Assembly (NCBI GenBank): GCA_045594705.1
Contig: JAZNZB010000038.1
Coordinates: forward strand, 20,234 to 84,233
Length of the DNA stretch: 64,000 nt
Direction of reading: 5' to 3'
From: Eubacteriales bacterium
GTDB lineage: Bacteria > Bacillota > Clostridia > Oscillospirales > CAG-272
Below are positions 55,457 through 63,343 of this stretch, piece after piece; the first letter of the stretch is position 1, and each line of letters starts with the position of its first letter. Under the pieces are notes generated by a model. The model ran no database searches, was not told the DNA's origin, and worked only from the letters and a program-made list of their open reading frames with translations. Made by a program: the position numbers and the translations under genes.

Positions 55457-55696
55457 TTAAGCGTCTGTATCTTCAGTGATAAAATCGACGGCAACGATCT
55501 CGCCCTGCGCGTTCTGCTGCAGGATCTTGATCTTTCTCTCCGCCTCGTCAAGCTCGGCGGACAAGCGGCGCACGATGGCAACGCCCTCCTCATACATTTT
55601 CAAAGACTCCTCCAGAGGAATTTTATCGCTTTCCATGGCACGGATGATCTGTTCCAGTCTCGCCAGTGCCTGCTCATAACTCAATTTCTGTTCCAT
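55457..55696 (-). CDS. xseB: Exodeoxyribonuclease VII small subunit
   Basis: 79 aa. SYEQALARLEQIIRAMESDKIPLEESLKMYEEGVAIVRRL. Confidence 0.93.
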   Translation of the reverse strand: MEQKLSYEQALARLEQIIRAMESDKIPLEESLKMYEEGVAIVRRLSAELDEAERKIKILQQNAQGEIVAVDFITEDTDA

Positions 55697-56913
55697 AATT
55701 GCTCCTTCTTGACAGAATCCACGGTGGCATCCACCGCTCCGTCCGCAAATCTGACCGTAATTCTTTCGCCCGCGTCAAAGGCAGCAGCACTTGTACTTAC
55801 CTCGCCATCCGCATTTTGCGCCACGGCGTAGCCTCTTTGCAGCACTGCCAGCGGGCTGAGTGCCTCCAGCTTGCCAACCGAGGCCGCAAGCCCCTGCCGT
55901 TTGCGATCCAGCAGCATCTGTCCCGCCGTATGCATGCGCACCGAAAGCTCGTCTAAGCGCATCTGCTTTTCTGCCGTGACGGCAGCGGGAGAGCGCATGG
56001 CGCGCGAGGAGGCCAGCACGCGAAGCTGATCCCTCTTGGCTGCAATATCCGCGCGCAAAAGCGCGCCGATCTTATTAAGCCTTGCGTCAAGCTCTGCTTT
56101 GAGCGCAAAGCGATCCGGGAAGACCAGCTCTGCTGCGGCACTCGGCGTAGGCGCGCGCAGATCTGCCACAAAATCACAGATGGTAAAATCTGTCTCGTGT
56201 CCGACCGCGGAAATGACCGGAATGGCCGAGGCTGCGATCTCTCTTGCAAGCCGCTCGTCGTTGAACGCCCACAGGTCCTCGATCGAGCCGCCGCCGCGTC
56301 CGATGATGATGACGTCCACGTTCCCCGCACGGTTAAAATAACGGATACCGCCCGCCAGATATGCGGCAGCCTGCTCGCCCTGCACCAGCGACGGGAAGAT
56401 GAGCAGCTCGCCCTGCGGGTATCTTCTGCCCGTGATATTGATGATATCGCGGATGGCCGCGCCCGTGGGAGAGGTAATGACACCCACACGCCGCGGCAAG
56501 CTTGGGATGGGCTTTTTGCGGCTTTGGTCGAAAAGCCCCTCGGCGGCAAGGCGCGCCTTGCATTGCTCAAAGGCAAGGTACAGGCTGCCAAGTCCGTCCG
56601 CCTCCATCAGATCGGCGTAAAACTGGTACTGACCGCCCGCCACGTAAGCCGAGACTCTGCCGTGCAGCAGCACCTTCATGCCGTCGCGCGGCTCAAACTT
56701 CAGTCTTGCTGCATTGGAACGGAACATGACCACGCGCAAGGTCGCGCCCGCGTCCTTGACCGAGAAGTACATGTGCCCCGTTCTGTATTGATTGGTGAAA
56801 TTCGAGATCTCACCCTTGATCCATATATCCGAGAGTACTGCGTTGCCGTCCAGCAGCATTCGCACGTATTCGTTGAGCTGTGTCACGGAAAAATACTGCC
56901 TGACGTCTTGCAT
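55681..56913 (-). CDS. xseA: Exodeoxyribonuclease VII large subunit
   Basis: 410 aa. FSVTQLNEYVRMLLDGN...IWIKGEISNFTNQYRTGHMYFSVKD (OB fold) and VGHETDFTICDFVAD. 16-nt overlap with xseB. Confidence 0.95.
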   Translation of the reverse strand: MQDVRQYFSVTQLNEYVRMLLDGNAVLSDIWIKGEISNFTNQYRTGHMYFSVKDAGATLRVVMFRSNAARLKFEPRDGMKVLLHGRVSAYVAGGQYQFYADLMEADGLGSLYLAFEQCKARLAAEGLFDQSRKKPIPSLPRRVGVITSPTGAAIRDIINITGRRYPQGELLIFPSLVQGEQAAAYLAGGIRYFNRAGNVDVIIIGRGGGSIEDLWAFNDERLAREIAASAIPVISAVGHETDFTICDFVADLRAPTPSAAAELVFPDRFALKAELDARLNKIGALLRADIAAKRDQLRVLASSRAMRSPAAVTAEKQMRLDELSVRMHTAGQMLLDRKRQGLAASVGKLEALSPLAVLQRGYAVAQNADGEVSTSAAAFDAGERITVRFADGAVDATVDSVKKEQLWNRN

Positions 56914-56915
56914 GT

Positions 56916-57884
56916 TTACTCCCCTTTCAAAAATTGATTACGGCACAAAAGGCTTGTGCCTGCGGCGTTGTCCGCAGAGAATGCGGGTGCGCCGAAATAG
57001 GCGTGGAACTTGCGCTCCAATCGCTCGCGGATGCGGCAGTTGCTCATAACGCCGCCTGCGTACAGTACGGGCATTCTGCCATATTCGGTCAAAATGTTCT
57101 CGGTCATCTTAGAGAGCGTTTCCGCCACGAAATCCAGGGTATACGCGCTGACAAGCTCCTTGTTGCCCGTCATGTTGTACAGCTTGAGAGCCAGATTTTC
57201 AAGCCCGGACAGATTGCACACGCTGCCCTTGACCGACACGCGCGGCTTGGGGATCTTGCCCGTGGCGTTTGCTGCCAGCAGCTCAATGGCTCTGCCGCAT
57301 GGGAACGAAAGCCCCATGGCAACGCCGATGCGGTCAATGGCCTGCCCTGCGTTGAGGTCGGCCGTCTCGCCCACCAGCGTGACCTTGCCGATGCTGCCAT
57401 GCTCGGGCGTGACCAGCACCGCCTCGGTGGTGCCGCCCGACACGTGGAACGCAACGAACGGTCCTTGCATCAGCTTTTCCATCTGTCCCGAAGCATACGC
57501 TGCCGCCATAATATGGCCGTTCTGATGCGAAAACGCGTAAAGCGGCACGCCAAGTGCAGCCGCAAAGGAGGTTGCAGCCGTCTTGCCTGCCAAAAAGCAA
57601 GGCATATAAGAGCCCTCGGCATCACGCGGATAGGCGGAATAGCCCACTGCAGCCACGGTATAATCGGCCGTGACGGCACGCAGCACCTCGCAAACATCGG
57701 GCAGATTTTTCAGGTGCGCAAACACCGCATCACTCTGTCTGAGTCCGCAAGCACCCGCTTCTACGGGTAAAGGGCTTTTGATATTGGCAATCACCTTTCC
57801 GTCCTCGGTGCAAACTGCTGCCGAGGTGGTATAGTTGCTGGTATCAAAGCCAACGAAGCATACGGGTTTATTCTGCATGTGCAT
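56916..57884 (-). CDS. Kae1/TsaD-like (peptidase M22 / ASKHA fold) paralog of unknown role
   Basis: Start uncertain (ATG 57884 or 57878, both overlapping the nusB end). FVGFDTSNYTTSAAV, HQNGH (HxxxH metal site) and AGGVMSN resemble TsaD/Kae1 motifs. Otherwise divergent. Confidence 0.65.
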   Translation of the reverse strand: MHMQNKPVCFVGFDTSNYTTSAAVCTEDGKVIANIKSPLPVEAGACGLRQSDAVFAHLKNLPDVCEVLRAVTADYTVAAVGYSAYPRDAEGSYMPCFLAGKTAATSFAAALGVPLYAFSHQNGHIMAAAYASGQMEKLMQGPFVAFHVSGGTTEAVLVTPEHGSIGKVTLVGETADLNAGQAIDRIGVAMGLSFPCGRAIELLAANATGKIPKPRVSVKGSVCNLSGLENLALKLYNMTGNKELVSAYTLDFVAETLSKMTENILTEYGRMPVLYAGGVMSNCRIRERLERKFHAYFGAPAFSADNAAGTSLLCRNQFLKGE

Positions 57885-58287
57885 CCAGCTCGTTCTTAAT
57901 ACCGTTGAGTACGCCGTTGACAAAGCCGCGTACCTTTTCGTCGTCATACTTCTTGGTCAGCTCGATCGCCTCGTTGATGGCAACCGCGCAGGGTACGTCC
58001 TTGACGTACGCCATTTCATACGTGCAAAGACGAATGACAGCGCGGGAGACGCGGGTCAGGCGGGAGACCTTCCAGCCGTTGGAGTGACGCTCGATGGTGG
58101 CGTCGATCTCGTCCAGCTTTTCGCAAACGCCGAAAAAGGCGTCCTTGATATAAGCTCCCTCGGGCTCGCCATTCTGCTCACACCAGGTCGCATAGACCTC
58201 TTCGGGGGTCTCGTCTCTTCTGAAATCACTTTCAAAAAGCAGTCCAAATACTGCCTCTCTTTGCATTTTTCTACTCATTTGTGCCAT
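57868..58287 (-). CDS. nusB: Transcription antitermination factor NusB
   Basis: Start set at ATG 58287 (AAAGGAAA RBS; the longer ORF would begin almost at the predicted transcript start). REAVFGLLFESDF... and AINEAIELTKKYDDEKVRGFVNGVLN. Confidence 0.9.
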   Translation of the reverse strand: MAQMSRKMQREAVFGLLFESDFRRDETPEEVYATWCEQNGEPEGAYIKDAFFGVCEKLDEIDATIERHSNGWKVSRLTRVSRAVIRLCTYEMAYVKDVPCAVAINEAIELTKKYDDEKVRGFVNGVLNGIKNELDAHAE

Positions 58288-58340
58288 AGCTGTTTCCTTT
58301 CGCACGAATTTGGGCATATATAGTCATTATATAATATTTT

Positions 58341-58369
58341 ATTATACACAATACCGCGCAAAAAGTCAA
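58341..58369 (-). promoter_or_regulatory. sigma-A type promoter of the nusB gene string (TTGACT-N17-TATAAT)
   Basis: Minus strand: TTGACT ttttgcgcggtattgtg TATAAT. Confidence 0.6.
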
Positions 58370-58420
58370 CACAAAAATGCATAAATGTTTGCATAAAGTG
58401 AATATTTCCATCCGAGCACA

Positions 58421-58455
58421 AAAGAAAAAAGATCCCCGCGGCTAATGCCGCGGGG
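58421..58455 (-). terminator. Rho-independent terminator of the two-gene AT-rich insert
   Basis: CCCCGCGGC/GCCGCGGGG stem followed by TCTTTTTTCTTTT on the minus strand, after the stop at 58465. Confidence 0.8.
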
Positions 58456-58464
58456 AATGTGAAA

Positions 58465-59445
58465 CTACTCTGCTCTCACTGTGGGTTCTGTAATGGGAAT
58501 CATAAACCATGCGCCGTCGCTGACTGTATTACCGTCTTTTGTTGTGATCTTGGCCTGAACGCTGCAATCCAGAGCAAGGCTTCCGTCTTCCAATCGGACA
58601 AGCTGATCTATTTCAGCCTCATAGGTCCAAGTGCAGCCTTCCTCCTCTAACTCTCGATATATGCTATTCGCCTCTTCCTCCAACACTCGATAGACGCTTT
58701 TCATAAATTCCTCCGGAATGGGCTTAACGTTTTTCATATCACCCAGATTATTGTGGCTATACGAAAATACTGTTCCCGCGTCATCAACTGCAATCACCAT
58801 GTGATCGCATGTTTTCAGTTCTCCGATGTACCTGTAAAACCAAAAAAAGCTGATTCCAACCCCTATTTCGGGATCCCATTTGTAATTTTGAGGATCTTCC
58901 ACATGCTTTGACAAAAAATCGTAAGCAATTTCGTATCTTTGCTCTTCCGTATACGATACCTCACCGTTTTCACTGTAGTGAGGAAAAAACGAAAACTCAA
59001 TGCATTTTCCGGTTTTTGCATCAATGACAAGTTCGGATGGTTTGCCATTATACACACCATCATACCAGTGTTTTCCATCGTTATACAGCCATCCATCGGT
59101 TGAATATGCATACACGTATTCGTATTCAATGTCATTGACGGTGTATTTGACGATCTTCTCTGCTCGGTCATCCTGATAATTCTTCGTATTCAGCGAAATA
59201 TCTTCTGAATGATTTGGATCTAAAGATGATTCCGATGAATCATATTGTAATCCATTAAGTTTTTTTAAAAAAGCACCGTCAACGATCATGTCTTCCGTGT
59301 TATCAGCATCATTATCCGATACAAATTCCGTATGTAAGGATCCTTCCTCATATTGCGAACGATCCGGTACATTTAACTCTTGACACGCTGCAAGAGAAAT
59401 AACCATAACGAATATCATTAAAAATAAATAAAATGTTTTTCTCAT
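58465..59445 (-). CDS. Hypothetical lipoprotein
   Basis: 326 aa. MRKTFYLFLMIFVMVISLAAC-QELN canonical lipobox. Visibly more AT-rich than its neighbours. No family recognised. Confidence 0.7.
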   Translation of the reverse strand: MRKTFYLFLMIFVMVISLAACQELNVPDRSQYEEGSLHTEFVSDNDADNTEDMIVDGAFLKKLNGLQYDSSESSLDPNHSEDISLNTKNYQDDRAEKIVKYTVNDIEYEYVYAYSTDGWLYNDGKHWYDGVYNGKPSELVIDAKTGKCIEFSFFPHYSENGEVSYTEEQRYEIAYDFLSKHVEDPQNYKWDPEIGVGISFFWFYRYIGELKTCDHMVIAVDDAGTVFSYSHNNLGDMKNVKPIPEEFMKSVYRVLEEEANSIYRELEEEGCTWTYEAEIDQLVRLEDGSLALDCSVQAKITTKDGNTVSDGAWFMIPITEPTVRAE

Positions 59446-60176
59446 AGAAACCTCCTGACATTAAGATGATTAATATTCGGGGTAAATCCATAAACCAATC
59501 TCCTTGCGAAGGTGTTGGGAACCCGACAACAACATTTTGTATTAAAATTCAGCAAGCTAACATTTGCCACACCCGTACTTGCATTAACGGATCCGGCCTT
59601 TACTCGAGTTGATACTGTGTTCCCGGATAAATCAACAGGATATATAGTAAAATATGCCATATTTTTTTCTGGCTTCCACGTATAGCTCAAGAAAAACTCT
59701 TGCGCATTAGGAATGCTTTTCTCACTCTGTTGACAAACATTTGTCCCATGCGCAGTCGAACCATTCGGTATTGTCAAATAATTTTTGGATGACTTGTTTT
59801 TGAAGCCTATGTATCCCTCATGAAGCAAAATGCCAATATAGGGTTCAATATTTTCCCAATTATCGATTGCAGCAACCTCGGGCTCTTGCAAATTAATTGG
59901 TTGCAGTGGGTCAAGTTCAACTGCTGCAAATTCATCCTGTTCGCTCGAAGTCACGCTTTCTACGGACTCCGAGCCAGTGTCTTGTGAGGCCGCGGGCGTT
60001 TCGGTCTGTTCGGTTTGTTGTTCACCCGCATATACGGACAACAAGGAAAGCACAAGCAAAAGTGCCAGTGCCCGACCTATGGCCAAGAATATTATACCAT
60101 ATATTCTATGGCTTGTCAACTTTATTTGTGCATTATGTACACTGCATGCAGGTATTGATTCTCCTTCACTATACAA
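59442..60176 (-). CDS. Hypothetical secreted or membrane-anchored protein, possibly with one ricin-type beta-trefoil-like repeat; start uncertain
   Basis: The track ORF starts at a TTG with no RBS. Hydrophobic segment ALALLLVLSLLSVYA, acidic linker, then KNYLTIPNGSTAHGTNVCQQSEKSIPNAQEFFLSY, loosely like a lectin (QxW-type) subrepeat. Overlaps the downstream gene by 4 nt. Confidence 0.45.
   Translation of the reverse strand: MYSEGESIPACSVHNAQIKLTSHRIYGIIFLAIGRALALLLVLSLLSVYAGEQQTEQTETPAASQDTGSESVESVTSSEQDEFAAVELDPLQPINLQEPEVAAIDNWENIEPYIGILLHEGYIGFKNKSSKNYLTIPNGSTAHGTNVCQQSEKSIPNAQEFFLSYTWKPEKNMAYFTIYPVDLSGNTVSTRVKAGSVNASTGVANVSLLNFNTKCCCRVPNTFARRLVYGFTPNINHLNVRRFL
60091..60119 (-). promoter_or_regulatory. 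Perfect TTGACA-N17-TATAAT inside the 5' part of ORF 59442-60176
   Basis: Minus strand: TTGACA agccatagaatatatgg TATAAT. If used, the transcript would begin near 60084, just before the hydrophobic segment. Confidence 0.4.
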
Positions 60177-60312
60177 ATGTCGAAAAACACTATATGATTA
60201 CATTTATTACAAAAGATAATTGTAAATGATTTGTAAACAAGTGGTTCTTTTCACACTTTACCGACCGGTTGACCGTCCCTGTAAAGGTTTCGTAAAAATT
60301 TCGCACGCGGGC

Positions 60313-60341
60313 TTGCATTTTTCGCGCGAATATGGTAAAGT
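60313..60341 (+). promoter_or_regulatory. sigma-A type promoter (TTGCAT-N17-TAAAGT)
   Basis: TTGCAT ttttcgcgcgaatatgg TAAAGT, upstream of the 60357 ORF. Confidence 0.4.
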
Positions 60342-60356
60342 ATATATATCTGTACT

Positions 60357-60821
60357 ATGAAAGGTTCTCCCCGCATGAAATTCAAGTCCTTGATCAAAGC
60401 TTTTTTGATACATACCTGTATTTATACAACCGTGGCGTTCGGGGCATCCATGATCTTCATTGCCGCATGCGGCATGACCTCGTTTGCCGTTCCCACGTAT
60501 TTTCTCGTGCTTGCCTTCTGCGCGTTCTTTGCAATGGCCAACGCCGTTTTTGCTCACTCGGGTCTTTCGATCTGGTGGCGTTCGATCCTGCACGCCATCT
60601 TGACGCTGGGCGGCTTTTACTTATGCATTTATTCCAGATATGCGGATATCGGCATGAATCGTGACGCGCTGCTGCTCTTCTCTGTGCTGATGACGCTTTT
60701 GTACGGTGCTTGCATGGGTACGTTTTTGGCAGTCCGCTACGCGCGCCTGCGCAAAAAGGAGCAAAAGGCTTATCAAAGTCAATTTTCAAGTCCCAACAAT
60801 AAAGATCAGAAACGGAGATGA
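60357..60821 (+). CDS. Small integral membrane protein, unknown function
   Basis: 154 aa, four hydrophobic segments and a basic C-tail. The first ATG lacks an RBS; ATG at 60375 (MKFKSLIK) is an alternative start. Confidence 0.6.
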   Translation: MKGSPRMKFKSLIKAFLIHTCIYTTVAFGASMIFIAACGMTSFAVPTYFLVLAFCAFFAMANAVFAHSGLSIWWRSILHAILTLGGFYLCIYSRYADIGMNRDALLLFSVLMTLLYGACMGTFLAVRYARLRKKEQKAYQSQFSSPNNKDQKRR

Positions 60822-61681
60822 CCCCGACCATGAATCAAGATTCGATCATTAAAGTACTGCTTATCGTAATCATTGCGCTGCTCGCTGTAAATATTCTTTT
60901 GCTGACCGCTTGGGGCGTGATCGCGCTTGTCCAAGGCGTTACCACTCCCGGTGCTCAAGGATCAGTCGGCACCCCCAACGACACAAAGGATACACAGGAC
61001 GTTCCCGCCTGGCAGCCCGACCCCTCGGTCATTCTCGGACAGAGCGAGGATATGGGTGATGAATATATTGACAGCATCATTTTCCTTGGCGACTCGACCA
61101 CCTATCACATGATCAACCGCGCCGTGCTCAAGGGCGGCAAACAGACCACGCAGGTGTGGTCCGGTGCTTCGGGCTGGCTGAATCTGGACGGAACCATCCA
61201 CACCACCACCATCCGCTATCCCGAAACGGGCGAGGAGATCAAGATCGCCGATGCGGTCGCACTCAAAAAGCCCGAATATCTGGTTATCACGTTGGGCATC
61301 GACTACGGTGTTGCTTACTGTGATCAGAACAAGTTCACCACCTACTACGGCAAGCTGCTCAGCGCCATCCGCCAGGCAAGCCCCGATACCAAGATCATGC
61401 TGCAATCCATCTTCCCCGTTTCCGCTGCCTACGAGCAATCGGTCATCGACGCGGGAAATGAGAAGAACGGCATTACCAATGCAAAGATCGATACCGCCAA
61501 CACCTGGGTCATGAAGCTGGCCAAGGATTACGGCTGTAAATATCTTGACACGGCAAGCGTGCTCAAAAACGACAGCGGCGCAATGAGTGCCCTGTACGAC
61601 GCAGGCGACGGCATCCACATGACTGCCGAGGCCTACAGAGCGATTTTGCAATATATCCGCACACACGGATACACCGACTGA
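60818..61681 (+). CDS. Membrane-anchored SGNH/GDSL-family hydrolase
   Basis: 287 aa. N-terminal TM (VLLIVIIALLAVNILLLTAWGVIALV), IIFLGDSTTYHM (block I) and DGIHMTAEAY (block V DxxH). ATGA overlap with the previous gene. Confidence 0.8.
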   Translation: MTPTMNQDSIIKVLLIVIIALLAVNILLLTAWGVIALVQGVTTPGAQGSVGTPNDTKDTQDVPAWQPDPSVILGQSEDMGDEYIDSIIFLGDSTTYHMINRAVLKGGKQTTQVWSGASGWLNLDGTIHTTTIRYPETGEEIKIADAVALKKPEYLVITLGIDYGVAYCDQNKFTTYYGKLLSAIRQASPDTKIMLQSIFPVSAAYEQSVIDAGNEKNGITNAKIDTANTWVMKLAKDYGCKYLDTASVLKNDSGAMSALYDAGDGIHMTAEAYRAILQYIRTHGYTD

Positions 61682-61698
61682 TCAAAGGAGATAAGGAT

Positions 61699-62196
61699 AT
61701 GAAAAAACTGACTATGATCGCAGCTTTGCTGCTTTGCTTTGCTTGTATGATAAGCGCATGCTCCTCCGTCAGGGATGACGTTGCTGTCAAGGATATTTCC
61801 ACTGCTGTTCTTGGCAAGGTCAGCACGCAGGGCGGCTTTACCGCAGCGGACACCGACTACGTTTCTCTCGAATTTGCGCAGCCCGGTGTGATCGATTCCA
61901 ATGTTTCCGAATGGATCATCTGCGCATCCACCTCTTCGCAGACAGTAGATGAATTCGGGATTTTCCACGTCAAGCAGGGCGGCGACGTAAGTGCGGTCAA
62001 GAACGAGGTACAGGCTTACGTGCAGTCCATGCAGGTCAAGTTGGAGGTTTATCTTGACATGTACGATCCTGCCGAAAAGACCAAGCTGGAAAATGCACAG
62101 GTCACGGTATTCGGCAATTACGTGGTCTACACCATGCTCAGCGACGCGGACACCACCGCATGCACCTCGGCAATCTCGGACGCTCTGAGCGAATAA
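61699..62196 (+). CDS. DUF4358-domain lipoprotein
   Basis: 165 aa, AGGAG RBS. MKKLTMIAALLLCFACMISAC-SSV lipobox. EFGIFHVKQGGDVSAVKNEVQAYV...VFGNYVVYTML fits the DUF4358 pattern. Confidence 0.75.
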   Translation: MKKLTMIAALLLCFACMISACSSVRDDVAVKDISTAVLGKVSTQGGFTAADTDYVSLEFAQPGVIDSNVSEWIICASTSSQTVDEFGIFHVKQGGDVSAVKNEVQAYVQSMQVKLEVYLDMYDPAEKTKLENAQVTVFGNYVVYTMLSDADTTACTSAISDALSE

Positions 62197-62225
62197 TCTT
62201 CGGCTATAACAAAGCACGTTATAAC

Positions 62226-62254
62226 AAAAAGCCCTTGCAGCTGCAAGGGCTTTT
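62226..62254. terminator. Bidirectional hairpin terminator
   Basis: AAAAAGCCCTTGCAG/CTGCAAGGGCTTTT palindromic stem between convergent genes. Confidence 0.8.
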
Positions 62255-62267
62255 CTCTATGCTTCAT

Positions 62268-63134
62268 TCAGTTCACCGGTCTGCAAACGTGTGCGACGAT
62301 CCCCTCCCTGTTGATCTGCTTGCACACCTGCTTTGCCGTGCTTTCGCTCTCAAAAATTCCCACGATGCTGGGTCCGCTTCCGCTCATCATAGCCGCGATC
62401 GCACCGCCGTGCTCCATTTCTTGCTTGAGTACACTTGCCACCCCGTGCACAGGAAGCACCACTGATTCAAACACGTTATACATGGCATCACTCATGCCCT
62501 TCAGGTCTTTCTTTTGCATCGCGTCAAGGATACGTGCAAGCCTATGCTCGCTCTGCGCGGCTTGCTGCGCAAAATCTCCGTACTGCTCATCCAGTGCGCG
62601 ATATGCCCAAGGTGTGCTCACACCCTGTCCGCCGCGCGCAATGACCAGATAGCAATCGGGCATGGGAACGCAGCTCTGCAGCCGTTCACCGATGCCGCGA
62701 GTGATCTGCGTTCCGCCCACAAGGCAAAACGGCACATCCGCGCCAAGGCGCGCACCCAGCGCAAGCAGCTCCTGCTCGGAATATTTGGCAAACTGCATAT
62801 TCAGCCCGCGCAAAACAGCCGCGCAATCCGCACTGCCGCCGGCAAGTCCCGCCTCGGCAGGAATGCGCTTTTGTACGTCAAGCGTCACGTGACACGGGAT
62901 ATCACCGCCGAAATACAAGGCAGCCGCGCGATAGGCAAGATTTCGCTCATCACACGGCAATCCTCCGTCACAGTGCAGTGTGATCCCGACGGGCAAGGCA
63001 TCCGTGCAGGCAATTCTGACCGTATCATAAAGATCCACTGCTTGCATGATGCTGACGATATCATGATAACCGTCACTGCGCTTGGCAGTCACGTCCAGAT
63101 ACAGATTGATTTTCGCATAAGCACGCAATTCCAT
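62268..63134 (-). CDS. ispE: 4-(cytidine 5'-diphospho)-2-C-methyl-D-erythritol kinase
   Basis: Start set at ATG 63134 (GGAG RBS). MELRAYAKINLYLDVTAKRSDGYHDI, KRIPAEAGLAGGSADCAAVL (GHMP kinase motif) and MSGSGPS. Confidence 0.93.
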   Translation of the reverse strand: MELRAYAKINLYLDVTAKRSDGYHDIVSIMQAVDLYDTVRIACTDALPVGITLHCDGGLPCDERNLAYRAAALYFGGDIPCHVTLDVQKRIPAEAGLAGGSADCAAVLRGLNMQFAKYSEQELLALGARLGADVPFCLVGGTQITRGIGERLQSCVPMPDCYLVIARGGQGVSTPWAYRALDEQYGDFAQQAAQSEHRLARILDAMQKKDLKGMSDAMYNVFESVVLPVHGVASVLKQEMEHGGAIAAMMSGSGPSIVGIFESESTAKQVCKQINREGIVAHVCRPVN

Positions 63135-63260
63135 TCGGTCAGTCTCCTTGCTTTGTCCGTTTTTTTGATTATACCATACCTCGATGCATTTGGCAAGGGC
63201 GAAATCTGTGCGCAAGGCAAAAAAATTCGCGCACGCGCGCGTAAAACTTTAGTCCGGCTC

Positions 63261-63289
63261 TTGACGCGCGCGCGGAATTGTTATATAAT
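63261..63289 (+). promoter_or_regulatory. sigma-A type promoter (TTGACG-N17-TATAAT)
   Basis: TTGACG cgcgcgcggaattgtta TATAAT, about 55 nt upstream of the ATG at 63344. Confidence 0.55.
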
Positions 63290-63343
63290 TTAATGTGCGG
63301 GATTATTTTTTCGCATACAGACCGAGATCAAGGAGACCTTTTT

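Noticed and set aside
47644-55831. Antisense ORFs across the housekeeping cluster: 47644-48378, 50189-51160, 52072-53013, 53158-54474, 54608-55831 (all +)
   Set aside because: They are opposite the YebC-family gene, recN, argR/nadK, tlyA/DUF212 and ispA/xseB, which are all confidently identified. They are shadow ORFs.
58421-60341. Prophage remnant or mobile element in the AT-rich insert
   Set aside because: I could find no integrase, transposase, tRNA target or flanking direct or inverted repeats. It is kept only as a compositional-island observation.
63224-63279. Alternating CG runs forming an imperfect inverted repeat (AATTCGCGC...GCGCGGAATT) around the -35 of the AI-2E transporter promoter, as a possible operator or Z-DNA element
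   Set aside because: The arms are short and imperfect, and there is only one occurrence. No regulator gene is adjacent, so the evidence is insufficient for a site call.
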